Assembly (NCBI GenBank): GCA_013265495.1
Contig: MU057584.1
Span: 598,608-662,607, forward strand
Origin: Vicugna vicugna
Taxonomy: Eukaryota
Length of the DNA stretch: 64,000 bases
Reading direction: 5' to 3'
Below the pieces are notes generated by a model, which was given only the letters and a program-made list of their open reading frames with translations, ran no database searches and was not told the origin of the DNA. Below are positions 28,056-40,578 of this stretch, piece by piece (within the stretch, counting starts at the first letter, position 1; each line of letters begins with the position of its first letter). The position numbers were made by a program, and so were the translations under genes.

Positions 28056-29674
28056 TTTGGCTGGACTCCCTGAGGCAGCTGCTCGAGTCCCAAGGGCTGC
28101 CTTCCAGGCAGGGCCAGCTCCTGTCCACCCCCTCTCCCCGCCAGAGCTGGAAGCCTCCAGGCACATGATCCAGTGTCAGAGAGCTCCCTTGCAAGGTCTG
28201 CAGGCGGGCAGCTGACACCGGGGAGGACTGCTGGTCACCTCCTGCTTCTTGCAGGCTCCACCAAGCCTGACCTCTGGGGAGGCTGGGGCTTCCGTCAGCT
28301 TCTTTCCTCCGGCATCCCCACCCTCACCCAGCACAGTGGAGAGGGTTATGGAGCAAATGTTCGACTCTGCCCTGTACCAGCTGTCTGGCCTCACAGAGGC
28401 AGCTTCCCTTCCCTGAACCTTAGTGTCCTCACCTACAAGACAGGGCAGTGCTTGATGAGATTGGAGTGGACGGCCCCTGGCCGAAGCAGTGGCCAGGGGA
28501 GGGTCCACTAGGAGGTGCTTACCCAGAAGCTCTGTAGGGGCTCCCACTGGCACATTCCCTGCCCGCCCTGCCGACCCCAGGAGCTTTCTCCACCCAGGCC
28601 TGACCCTGTCCCTCCCCTGCTCAGAGCCTTTCTTTCCTGCTGTCCTGGTCACCCCAGGGCAAAACCTAAGCTCTAATAGCCCAAAACTGAAAAGAATACA
28701 AATGTCTTCACCTGATGAATGGATAAACAAAATGCATACGTCGGACAGTTGTGCGGTAGCACAACACTGCAGAGGGGCTGAAACGCAAAATCGTTCTGCT
28801 CCAAGAAAGAAGCTGGCTGCCAAAGGCTACCCTGTTTATGAAATGTCCGAAACAGACAAGTCTGCGTAGACAGTAGGGCCAGGCTTACCTTCCGCGTGGT
28901 GACGGGCCCTCAGTTTCCCAAGGACAGGGCTGTGTAATCGTTAGGTTTGGGCTGCATTCCCTCATTTGTTTTGCCAGCCACTGCCCCTTACCATGGCGCA
29001 CCAGGGCCATGTCAGGGACCCTGACTGCTGCTGTGTCCCTGGGACAGGAAGCCCAGTCCTGAGTACCGTCCAGGAATGTCTTGCTGTTGAGGATGTCTCA
29101 GGAATGGGAAGTTGGAGAGGCCATGTGGCATCGCAGTTAAGAGCTGAGTTCAAATACTGGCTCTACCACTTACAAGCTGTGAACCTTGGGCAAGGTGCTG
29201 CCCTTCTCTGAGCTCAGCATCCTGATAAGATTGAAGTGTGGATTCATTCTCTCATTCAAAAAAACCACAAATCAAACACCTGTTCTGGGTCTGGCCCTGT
29301 GCTGGATGGTGTTGGGGACATGGTTGTGACTTAGACAGCCTCTGTCCTTTTGGGGCTCCCAGTCTAGTAGGGGAGACAGCTGACAAGTAGGAAAGTGGTG
29401 TGATGTTAGTTGTGTAATGTTTTATGTGAAGGTTCGGAGAGCTGTGGGGAGCTGTGGAGGGTCGGGCTAACTTGGTTTGGGGACGCCTGGGGCTACTTCC
29501 CCAGAGTAGCAGTCATATCAAGGGGCTTCAAGGGCAGGATGAACTCAGTGGGTTTTTGGAAGGAAGGTTTTATCTTGAAGGTTGAGGGGGGCGCAGGCAG
29601 AGGCCTGTGGCGGGAGTGGGTGAAAGAGGCCCCGGGTGCGGAGAGTCACAGGCCTGGGTCCTCTCTACTTACAG

Positions 29675-32600
29675 CCCAGAATGTGACCGTGGACGAGGTC
29701 ATTGGCGCCTACAAGCAGGCCTGCCAGAAGCTGAACTGCAGACAGATCCCCAAGCTCCTCAGGCAGCTCCAGGTACACCAGGTTGGGGATGGGCGGTGTC
29801 GGGGCAGGGTGTGGGGGTCCCTGGGGTGAAGCTCCCCTCCTCCCACCTTGGCAGCACCTGGGCCTGTGGTGTCTGCTCCCAAGCAAGAAGGGGTGCACAA
29901 AGCACTCCCCCTACCCAGGCTGGTTAGCCAACCAAGAGCTTCTGTAAATACAGCTTTGAAAACCTTTTCAGTTGTAAAAGTAATCAGGCTCTTCATGAAT
30001 ATTTAAACAGTACAGAATTAAAGTAGGAAATTACTTGTCATGTATCTCTCACTCCCCAAAGAAATTCTCTTCCCCGGGGGAAAAGCCATGTACACGAAAT
30101 TTAAGTTTGAATTACAGAAGTAATGTATGTTCTCTACTTAAAAAAAAAAAAGTTAAAATACTACAGTTATAAAAAGCAGAATTGACTTCTCACTTCCTGC
30201 CCAAGTCCCATTCCCCAGGAGTTCCCACTGGTAACAGCTTGGGGTTTTCATCCCCTGGCCTTTTTGTGGTTTTTTTTTTTTTAATTAATTTATTTTATTG
30301 TTATTTGGGGAGGGGAGGGAGAGAATTAGGTTTATTTACTTGTTTAATGGCGATAACCAGGGATTGAACTCAGGACCTCATCCATGCTAAGCATGCGCTC
30401 TACTACTTGAGCTATACCCTCCCTCCTGACTTTTTGTGTTTTTATAAGAGAACAGATCACTATGCAGAGGTCCATAGACAGGGTAGTTTCCGTTTTTCTC
30501 TGAGTGGGGCATTACTGCACCTCTGGCCTGCTTGCCCGCCAGCCGTCTCTCAAAGGCGCCTTTCCTGCTGCTCGCCCAACCTGGTCCTGTTGCTAAAGCT
30601 CTGCTTTAGTGACTTCCTTTCGGACAGATGACTCCAGAATGTTCCAAGGTTGCTTGTTTCAGAGCCCCAGCTGCCCCACTGTCCAGCTCAGCCCCTGCAG
30701 GTGTCTTCCTGCCTTAACCACCGTTGGTTCTTTCCCAGGAGTTCACAGACCTCGGGCACCGCATTGACTGTCTGGACCTGAAAGGTGTGTGTCTGGACAG
30801 AGGCTGGGGGCCCTTGGGTAGTGGGCAGGGCCAGAGCCTCCCTGGAGGTGGATCAAGGGCAGAGAGTGGCCTACCTGGGGTCAGCCAAGGGCAGGCAGGG
30901 CTGGGCCTGAGACAGGTGTGAGCTCCCTCCCTTGGTCTGGAGCCCGTTTCCACCCAGCCCCTGACCCCGAATGCGAGTGCACGCGTGCAGGCGCAGAAGT
31001 GCGCTCACAGACGTGCGCTCACAGACACGCATGCGCATGGTGCTCCATCTCGTCCCAGGTGAGAAGCTTGACTACAAGACCTGCGAGGCCCTCGAAGAGG
31101 TCTTCAAGAGGCTGCAGTTCAAGGTTGTGGATCTGGAGCAGACAAACCTGGACGAAGATGTGAGCAGCCTGCCACTGCCCTTGCCTGCTCCCTGAGCTCC
31201 CTGCCCCTTAGAGGTTTGGGGGGAGGGCATGGCAGGAAGAGGGGACCCTCTTGGACAAAGGCTGGGCAGGGCCTCTTGAAGAACAAGACGGGGAGACGTC
31301 TGGTGTGGCCAGAGTGGATGAGGGAATGCTGGGCTCTGTGGTGGGGCCCAGAGAAAGGGTCTCATCGGCCCACCTCAGACTCAGGCGGGGGCTTTGTAAG
31401 TGAGGGAGAGACTTGGGGAGCCAGGCTGGAGGGTGAGGTGTGTGGCCACCAGGAGCCTTTCCAGGAACCCCTTGCTGGGAACCCAGCGCCTGCAGGGGAG
31501 AGTTTGAGAAGTATTCTGAAAGCAGCCTTCCCCGTTTACACCCAGGTATTCTCACCTCCCTAGACCTGGAGACCACCAGGGGCCCAGGGGGAGGGGTCCT
31601 GGAGAACTGAGGCCCAGGGACGCCAGAGGCCTATTCTGGTCACACAGCACATCACTTAGACTACTCTGAGGGGCAAGTGAGAGACAGCAGACTGGCTCCA
31701 GCAGAAAGGGGGAAGGGTTGGTTCCTGAAACCCAGAGGTGCCAGAGTAGCATCAGGGCTCTCCCCACCCCTTCACTCAGCCCCTACCTCCTGGCTTCCCC
31801 GTGAGGCTGAAACTTAAGGCTGAGCCCAGTTGTTTCTGCTCAGGGTGCCTCTGCCCTCTTCGACATGATCGAGTACTACGAGTCGGCCACCCATCTCAAC
31901 ATCTCCTTCAACAAGCACATCGGCACCCGGGGCTGGCAGGCCGCTGCCCACATGATGCGCAAGGTGGGCGCCTCATGCCTGCGCCCTCTCCAGGGCACCC
32001 AGCCCTTAGGGCTTGGTTCCAAGAGCCCTCAGGGGGTGCTGGGCCCCAGGCTCCAGGCCAGTGGGAAAGCGGTGCCAACAGGTGCCTGCCCTGGGCCCGC
32101 CCTGGCCCCTTCTCTCCCTGCAAGTGTTTTCCTTCCTCCTCCACTTGCCTATAATGTGTCCCTTGGAGGTGGCTGTGGTCACCACACCCATTTCACTCCT
32201 TGGCTTCTCTGCCATACAGGAGTCAGGAGCTCGGTTGTCACCAGCACTACCTCCTCATCCCCAGGGTCCCAACCTGGGCCTTCCCTCACCAGCCAGTTTC
32301 CCAGCTGTGAAACTAGATGGCCCTGCTGCTCGCTGGGATGTTGGGACATAGGGTGGGAGGTCTCCCAGGACAGGGAGGGCTGAGGTCAGCCTGGCTTAAC
32401 ACCCCCACCTGCTGCACAGACGAGCTGCCTCCAGTACCTGGATGCCCGCAACACACCCCTGCTGGACCACTCAGCACCCTTTGTGGCCCGTGCCCTGCGC
32501 ATCCGCAGCAGCCTGGCCGTGTTGCACTTGGAGAATGCCAGCCTATCGGGGCGGCCCCTCATGCTGCTCGGTGAGCCCCAGGACAGTGTGCTGGTGGGCT

Positions 32601-35600
32601 TGGGCTGTTGGCCCAGTCGCCTGGGCATGGCCAGTCACAGCATCCTCCCCTGCTGTCCCCAGCCACAGCCCTGAAGATGAACATGACTCTGCGGGAACTG
32701 TACTTGGCCGACAACAAGCTCAATGGCCTGCAGGACTCAGCCCAGCTGGGCAACCTGCTCAAGTTCAACTGCTCCCTGCAGATCCTGGACCTCCGTAACA
32801 ACCACGTGCTGGACTCAGGTGTGTGCCAGGTCCACCCATCCCACCCCAACTCCAGCCACCCAGCACCCACTGTGTGCCCAGCTGTGTGCTCGTGGTGCTA
32901 GAGGTGCTGTCGTGGCCCTGCCCTCTTGGGGCTCACAGTTCATCCCCAGTGATGACTCAGACTGGGCTGGGTTGCACAAGCCCAGCGCAGGTGTCTGACC
33001 CAGTCTGGGTATCAGGGAGGGTGTCCTGGAGAGGGTACCGCTCAGCTGTTCCTGTAGGATGAGGTGGGCTTTTGACCAGATAATTGAAATAATTACAATC
33101 TGGGAAGAATGCCCTGAAGGCAACAAAGATCTCAGGATAAAGGGTCAACCAGAGGCTGTTTAAGGTGTGCAGGCACGCATCTCTGGGCTGGGATGAGGAG
33201 GCTAGGACAGGACCAGCCACTTTAAAAGCCTAAGAAAAGAATCCAGGCAGCAGGGATAGCAAGTGCAAAGGCCCCAAGGTGGGAGAGAGCTTAGATGTTA
33301 GGTGTTTTGGGGGAAAGCCCCAGAGAGCCAGGAGGTGAGTGGGACGTGAAGAGGGAGTAGTCGGCAGGACCTTGTCAGCGGGAGGAATTAATTTCAACCT
33401 GGTTCACTGTTGAGCAGAGTCTCCAGCCTCAGTGTGAAGAAGAGGTTGAGGGAGAGGGGTGCAGAGTGGGACCGCGAGGCCAGTGCCTTCCTCCAGGGCA
33501 GCCAGGCCTGGGCATCACGTTTACTGAGCACCTACCACATGCTGGGCCTAATGGCTCTGGGTTCACAGCTGTGAGTGAGGCAGAGTTCTCTGCTCTCAGG
33601 GAAGACAAAGCCAAGATACATTCATAAAATATTGAGTCTGTCAGATGGTGAGATGTACTCTGGAGAAAAATAAAGCAGTAATGGTGGGCTGAACTTCCGT
33701 TGAGGTTAGGCTGGCCACATTGTCCTGCGAGAGGCTGATATTTGAGCAGAGATTGGAAGCAGACTGGGGAGGCTTTCATCAGGGTGCCCAGGGGAGGGGT
33801 GTTCCCGGCCCAGAGATCGGGGAGCCCTGTGAGCCAGGCCCGAGGCAGGCGTGCAGTAGCAGGAGGTGGCAGAGCCAGAGCCTGTGGGGCTGGGCAGGCC
33901 AAGGTGGGGGCCTGGGAGCTTCTGAGCACTCGTGGGGCGGCTCCCATGCCAGCGTGCCCCAGGGAGATTCCCGGACCACAGACAGGACTTGCCCACGGGC
34001 CTCCCCCAGGTCTGGCCTACATCTGTGAGGGCCTCAAGGAGCAGAGGAAGGGGTTGGCGACCCTGGTGCTGTGGAACAACCAGCTCACGCACACGGGCAT
34101 GGCCTTCCTGGGCATGACGCTGGTGAGTCGGCCAGGGAGGGGAGGGAGGCAGCCTTGTTCCCTCCAGCGCCTCTCCCACCCCAAGCTCTCCGCATCTTCC
34201 AGCTGTCACCTCTCCCATTTTTGCTCATCCTGCCAGTTCAGGAACCTGATCTCTCCCTTCAGCCCTGTTTGGTGTTGGCTTCAGCCCCTGCACCCTCTTC
34301 CCCTCGAGGAGAGTAGTTCTCCTCTGATTATCTCTCTGCATCCAGCACGGTAGCCTGGTACAGTGCTTTGTATGAGGTGAAAATGCTTTGCATAGAAAGT
34401 TAGTATTTCTGGAAGCCTTCAGTAAGTCTTAAATCTTTCTATTATGTGGTATTTAAAGCAAGCCCATGGGATAAAAAGACTCATACCCAGGTTAAGAATT
34501 GCCCAGGGCCAGGCCTGTGGCCCGAGTCCCTGGGTTGCTGGCTGGGGCAGAGAGTGGGCCCGGGCTGTGGGGCGTGGGGGATGGCTGGATGCTCGGAGGG
34601 CTGGGGCATGGACAGGCAGCTGGCACTTGGGAGACTTCTGAGTATATGAGGGATTCGGCCTCAAGTAGGAATGTGCTGGGGCTCAGACCGGGGGCACTGC
34701 CGAGGAGAGACCCCGTGTGTTTGCCTCTTCCCTGACTGGCCTTCTGGGCCTCTCCTCGCTCTCACACGCCCCACTTCCAGCCGCACACTCACAGCCTGGA
34801 GACGCTGAACCTGGGCCACAACCCCATCGGGAACGAGGGCGTGCGGAACCTCAAGAACGGCCTCATTGGCAACCGCAGCGTGCTGCGCCTTGGCCTGGCC
34901 TCCACCAAGCTCACCTGCGAGGGTAGGGCACGGGGCTGGGTGCGGGGCTGGTGCAGGCCGGGCTGGGGGGCGGCCAGCTGGGTGTGGGCCTGTGGCCAGC
35001 CCCTGCGGTCCCCCTCCCAGGCGCGGTGGCGGTGGCGGAGTTCATCGCCGAGAGCCCCCGCCTCCTGAGACTGGACCTTCGGGAGAACGAGATCAAGACG
35101 GGCGGGCTCATGGCACTGTCGTTGGCCCTCAAGGTGAACCATTCCCTACTGCGCCTGGACCTTGACCGCGAGCCCAAGAAGGAGGCGGTGAGCGGGCCCT
35201 TCCCTGCGGGCAGTTGGGGGTCAGCCTGGCCTAGGGCGGCCCTGGGACCCCGGCAGGTGGGCCACCTGGAGCCCTAGCCAGGCCTGCTCGCCCACAGGTG
35301 AAGAGCTTCATCGAGACGCAGAAGGCGCTGCTTGCGGAGATCCAGAACGGCTGCAAGCGCAACTTTGTGCTGGCGCGGGAGCGGGAGGAGAAGGAGCAGC
35401 GCCTGCAGCTGTCGGCCTCCATGCCCGAGATCACCGTCACTGAGCCCCAGCCTGACGATGAGCCTGGGGAGGAGCCTGCCGCAGAGGCACAGGAGAACGG
35501 GGCCCCCGGCCCCAGCCCTGGGCCGGACTCAGACTCAGACTCAGACTCCGACGGGGAGGACCGGGAGGAGGAGGATGGGGAGAGGGCTGAGGCCCCCTGC

Positions 35601-36456
35601 CCCGCCCTGGTGCCCCCCACGGACTCCCTGGGCCCTGGGGACAGGAGCCCCCCAGGCTGCCCCTCCTCCCCGACTGAGCAGCGCATTTCTGTGTCCAGCC
35701 CGGGCCGGGGCCACAAAGTGTTTGTGGTGACCCGGGTGGAGAGTCCACCTGAGAGAGCAGAGCCTCCTGTGCCACCGGCCCCTCCTTCCCCCGCTGCCCC
35801 TCCTTGCCCTCCATCCCCACCTGCCTTACCCTCCCCTCCCGCCTCACCTGCACTACCACCGGCTGAGGCTGTCAGCCCTCAGAACCTAGGGTCATCTGAG
35901 CCTCAGCCACAGCCAGAGCCGCCTCAGTCAGGGCCACCGCTGCCCAACGGCCTGAAGCCTGAGTTTGCCCTCGCACTGCCCCCAGAGCCGCCCCCGGGGC
36001 CCGAGGCCAAGGCAGGCGGCTGTGGCCTGGAACACGGTGAGAGGAGCGCTGGGGCTGGGTGACAGGGGGGCCCCTGGGTGCTGGGTGTGACCCCAGGCAA
36101 GCACCTGCCTGTTGGCGTGTCTCAGTTTCCCCCTCTTCAGAATGGCCTTTGAAGGGGTGGGGGACAAGTGCAACTTGATCCTCAGTCCCCACCTTCCTTC
36201 CCTGGGAGCACTCCTTGGGGGTGGGGCATGGAAGATTTGCTGCCTGGAGTCTGCTAGTCTCAGTGGTACCTGGGCCTGTGTTACCCTGAGGGTCTGGCTT
36301 GGGGCAGGGCTGGTGGGGACGGACTGGTACCCCCAACCCACCTGCCTGACTGGCGGCCCTTCTCCTCGCGCAGAGCTGAGCTGCTCCAAGAACGAGAAGG
36401 AGCTCGAGGAGCTGCTGCTGGAAGCCAGTCAGGAATCTGGGCAGGAGACACTGTGA
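29675..36456 (+). CDS. PPP1R37: Protein phosphatase 1 regulatory subunit 37 (LRRC68), 5'-partial, 11 coding exons: join(29675-29772,30739-30784,31059-31159,31844-31963,32420-32570,32663-32818,34010-34122,34781-34922,35021-35187,35298-36036,36374-36456)
   Basis: All junctions are AG/GT with consistent phase. They give one frame: AQNVTVDEVIGAYKQACQKLNCRQIPKLLRQLQ-EFTDLGHRIDCLDLK-GEKLDYKTCEALEEVFKRL..., then ribonuclease-inhibitor-like leucine-rich repeats (LRELYLADNKL, LQILDLRNNHV, LETLNLGHNPI, LLRLDLRENEI), an acidic/Pro-rich region, and ELSCSKNEKELEELLLEASQESGQETL-TGA. No first coding exon was found in the window. Confidence 0.96.
30270..30423 (-). mobile_element. tRNA-derived SINE of the same family, in the intron after the first in-window PPP1R37 exon
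   Basis: Reverse complement reads gggagggtatagctcaagtagtagagcgcatgcttagcatggatgaggtcctgagttcaatccctgg followed by an A-rich tail; degenerate TSD cctg(g/a)c..tttttgtg. Confidence 0.88.
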
Positions 36457-37110
36457 CACTTTAGGTGCGGTGAGGGCCAGGGGCCCAGGGAGCTGGGGGG
36501 CCAGTGAATTGAGCCCCTGGCTCTGACACACACCCCCCCACCCTCCATCTCTTCTCCCAAGTTCCTTTTTTCCGGTCGGTCTTCAACGAACTGAGGCCAG
36601 AGCCATGAGAATCTGCTCACCCTCACCCCCAGCCTTCCTGAGGCCTGGGACGCCAGGGGGTGGGGGGGGCCTTCCCGGGGACCCCCACCCCCCACAGCAA
36701 CACTACATGGGGTGCAGGAGCTACAGGGAGCGGCCCTCCCCATCCTTACTTAAGCACTTCTATTTATGTGTTCAACACTCGAAGACTGGGCCGGGGGTGG
36801 ATGGGAGGAGGACGGGGAGGAGGAGGCTGACACGGTCTCCGAGGACATCAGCCACGAGGCCAGGTGCCTTTTCCCAGGGGCCTGTTTGGCCACACCTGCC
36901 CTGTCGAGGGCAGGAGTCCTAGGTGGCAGTGGGATGGCCCCCTGGTGGCCCCGGGCACAGGACCAGGCAGGAGGCACGGTGTGGTTGGGGCGGTGAGCGA
37001 CGGTGGTGGTTGGAATTGGCAGAGCAGCCCCAGGCAGGGTGAGGGCCTGGTCTGGGGGTGGGCGGGGGGAGATGGGAGTGGAGGATCAGAGCTTTCTTTT
37101 TCTTAAGTGC

Positions 37111-37116
37111 AATAAA
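37111..37116 (+). terminator. Proximal polyadenylation signal AATAAA of PPP1R37
   Basis: AATAAA about 650 nt after the stop codon, preceded by a U-rich tract. Confidence 0.55.
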
Positions 37117-37288
37117 TCTATCAGGGAGCTGGGGTGGGGAGCAGCCAGGGCTCTGGAGACCCTGCCGTCCAGGCCCCTGGAGGCTGCGCCCTGAGGGACA
37201 CTACAACCCGGGTGGGGGCGGAACGGGGCGGGGAGGCGAGCGGGGGAGGGGCTGCTCCTGTTGGTGCAACTCTGTTCACACCTTTTCT

Positions 37289-37294
37289 AATAAA
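37289..37294 (+). terminator. Distal polyadenylation signal AATAAA of PPP1R37
   Basis: AATAAA followed by U/GU-rich sequence (tttgcctgctttctgcttgtg). Confidence 0.65.
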
Positions 37295-38094
37295 CCAGAG
37301 CTGGGTTCCCCATTTGCCTGCTTTCTGCTTGTGCTGATCCCAGGTTCCCCCTCAGGGGTTCTGGGCGCGGGGTGGGGCAGACAGGTCCCAGCTACGCAGC
37401 CTCTGCCGGGCCATGGGCCAGTGGTCCCCCAGAGGAAGGCCAGGAGGCTGCCCAGGCAGGAGCCACGTCTTCCCATCCCCTCCCCACTTGGTGCCTGTCC
37501 TCGCTCCTGCGACTAATCCTGCTGGCCGTCTCCCATACACTCCCATTTCCCCCTTTTTCGGAGGGAAACAACCCCCAGATACCTTCCAGCTTTGTTGATG
37601 GACATGGTGCTTGAGTTCAGAGGTCATCCCTCTGCCTGATCACCTCTAGCTCAAGGAGAACAGACAGCAGCCCGGCTCTGGCAGCCCTGGGTGTTTGGGA
37701 GGGAGAGCGCCTCCATGGGCACCAAGCGTATGGCTGGAGGGCTGTGGGGCATTTCTGAGAAATCTGAGTTTCACCCTTCAGGAGAGAACCACTTTAAAGG
37801 AAAGGCCTTTGCACCGACCCCTTCTTTCCTGCGGGGGAGGCCGGCCCGGGTGGGTAGAGATGCAGTGGGAAGGTTATGAGAATTGCAACATTGCTGCCTG
37901 GAGCCCATTCAGCACCCGTGCAAACCCAGGAACCTTCTGCTCCAGCTGCCTGGGCGTCTGGGGTGAACAGCTTTCCTATTTAGGCCACTGTTTGCCCTTC
38001 GGTCACTGACAGCTCCAGTTCTCTTAACTGCCCCCTAAGACACCCACAGGTGGGACTCCCATCTGGGCGAGGGGCTTGGGGGATCCGTGGCAGC

Positions 38095-38286
38095 AGCCTG
38101 GCCAGCAAAGCACCAGAAGCTGGAAGAGGCAAGGAAGGATTCCCCTGCAGGTTTGGGGGGGCGTGTGGCTCTGCCGACTCCTTGATTTTGGACTTCTGGC
38201 CTCCAGAACTCAGAGAATAATCTTTGGTTGTTCTGGGCTTCCCAGTTGGTGGGACTTTGTTATAGCAGCCCCAGGAGACTGACAGA
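38095..38286 (+). mobile_element. MaLR (MLT1-type) LTR fragment
   Basis: caccagaagctggaagaggcaaggaaggattc...ccttgattttggacttctggcctccagaact...tttgttatagcagccc, characteristic of MLT1 3' ends. Confidence 0.75.
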
Positions 38287-40288
38287 CCATTTCTGAAGTG
38301 CTCCCAATTTTCCAGCTCTTAGGGGTCCTGGGTCACAGAGGTAGATCCCTTTGGCCAAGTATTTTCTTTCTTTTGCCTTCAGCCATTCAAGTGTTGCCCG
38401 AGCTTCTTGTGAAGACAGGAGGCCATTTTATTCCTTGGCTAGATGCTGTACCACACGTTAAATATCTCAATATCCTAACATGGGAGAGTTTACTTTCATG
38501 CATGTGGGGGTTTGGGGTGGCAGGCAGCTGTGCTCCAAAGTGACTCCTGGACCCAGGCCCCCGCCCTCTGGTGGCTCTGCATCCCCTAGGTCCCCAGGAG
38601 ACCCTGCATCCAGCAGCCAGTGGGGGAGGAGAATGGAGAAGGCATTTGCCTCTTGTCCTGGTGGGAAAGGGACACACACCACTTCCACTCCCTTCTAGGG
38701 GCAAGTTTTCAGCAAAAGCTCCACACAAGAGAAAGGCCCTGAATGCTGGTGGACAGGGCGCCATCTTGGCCACACCCAGCCCCTCTGACATCCTGTTTTT
38801 TTTTTTTCTTCCTCTAAGTCTCCCACAGCTCTAGCTTTGGCAGGTGTGTGGTCAGCCTAAGATAAACAAGCCACAACTTGGTACCAAGTAATAGGGAGCA
38901 GCTTCTCATTGGGGCCTGGGGGGTTCTCAGTTCTGCTCCTGTCTGCCAACTGAGTCTACTGGTTAGTTCTGCCTCCCGAGCACCCCACTCCCAGTGCCAG
39001 CCTGTTTTCAGCTTGGACTCTGGTGGTAAAAAACAAGCCCAAGTCAAATTAGCTTAGGGAACAAAAGGGAAAGGATATCTGTTGGCTCCAGTAGCGCGTC
39101 TACAGAGACACTGATCTAACAGTGTCACGAGGACCCACGTGTCTCCACAGTGGTTTCATTCTGGGGCAGGCTCACCTGCTACTGCTGGAAAACAGCTCCC
39201 AGCATGTCCAGCTTTATCCCACTAGCTCAGCTGTGCCGGGACTGCTGGTGCTTCAGTTCTGGCAGCTCCTGTAAAGTCCCAGGCTGGTTCTCTTCCCTGC
39301 TTCCATTTTGAAGCAATTACTGGCCAGGGATGTTGGGGTGCTGTGCCCAGTCTTGGAGCTAAGGCATGTGAGGTCAGGATCCCTACCAGACTGCACAGCC
39401 TGAGGGTGGTGCATCATTGCAGTGCTCCTGGCTCCCTCTGGGACTGTCTCCACAGCTCTGGGGGCCCTGGCTCAGAAGTCATACCCTTGACCTCTGGTCA
39501 CACAGGATATGTTAAGTGTTGGTCCCCCATCCCCCATTGGACTGGGCCAGGCACGCCACAGGCCTGTGTGGCTGTTTGACCAGTGAGGAACCAGAAGCTG
39601 CCCAGAGGCGTGGTGCACACATTCTAGGTCTCTATCCCACCGGTAGGAGGGAAGGTGGTAAGGCATGGTGGTGGAGTCCAGCCCTGGGAAAAGCCCCTCC
39701 TCAGCCTGGCTCTGGCCCCAACTCGGTGTCCTACAAGTGCACCATCTCTGCTCAACTTCCCTGTCCTCATCAAGAGGCTCATCAGGTGGCCCTGGAGTGA
39801 CCCATAAGGTAGGCACCCCCTGGACAGTTACTTGTCCAGGGAGGCAGCAGTGCCCACCTCAGCTGACTGAGGTGCCAGCGGGGCCTAATTAACCCATTAG
39901 GCCCGGGGTGGAGCCACCCCGAGAGAGTGGATCAGCCTGCTGAGGTCACCAGGGACACCGCCTTCGGAAATGCCAGCTCCTGCCCTGCCTACAGAGGGGC
40001 AAGCTAGGGTGTAGGGACAAAGACCTGGATTCCCTGAGGCCTGGGCGCTCTCCACTGAGTCAACCTGCACATCCGTCTGTCCTTCATCTCCCCTGACTCT
40101 GCAGCCTCTCCCACCGCCCCCGCAGCCCCACCTGCCACCGGGATGCCAGCCATGAGGCTGCCAGCTGAGACTGCCCGACTCCCTGGAGATGAAGTGAGCT
40201 TGGCAGGACAGAGCTGGCCTTGTCCTCAGCCCTCACTGAGCCCGGGAGACCAGGGCACGAAGAGCAATCAGGGGCTTTCACATCTTCA

Positions 40289-40294
40289 TTTATT
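40289..40294 (-). terminator. Polyadenylation signal of NKPD1
   Basis: tttatt on + (AATAAA on -), about 285 nt past the NKPD1 stop. Confidence 0.6.
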
Positions 40295-40578
40295 GCACTT
40301 GAACCTGAGTTCCGCCACCGGTCCTTCTGCCCCAGCTCTCACACTGGCACTGATACACTGCCCACTCCTGGTGGCTACTGCCAACAGCTCTCTCTGGCTC
40401 ACAGATTCCCCTGGGGATCATGGCTACCACAGGCTTCATTCTGAAAACGACCCTGGGTCTTGGCCCAGTCATGCCCCCTTACACCCTTATCTGGACAGAT
40501 GGAATTATTGCCTCCTGCCACCCCAGAGTCTTCCATTCAAAGCCTGCCTGGGCTGGATTCCCCTGGAGAGATAGGCGC

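Larger units (their letters stand above)
1..29674 (+). other. PPP1R37: Distal part of the large first intron of PPP1R37
   Basis: No convincing exon seen; dense in ancient repeat fragments. It ends at acceptor ctctctacttacag (AG 29673-29674), before an exon that starts mid-codon, so an upstream coding exon is required. Confidence 0.75.
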
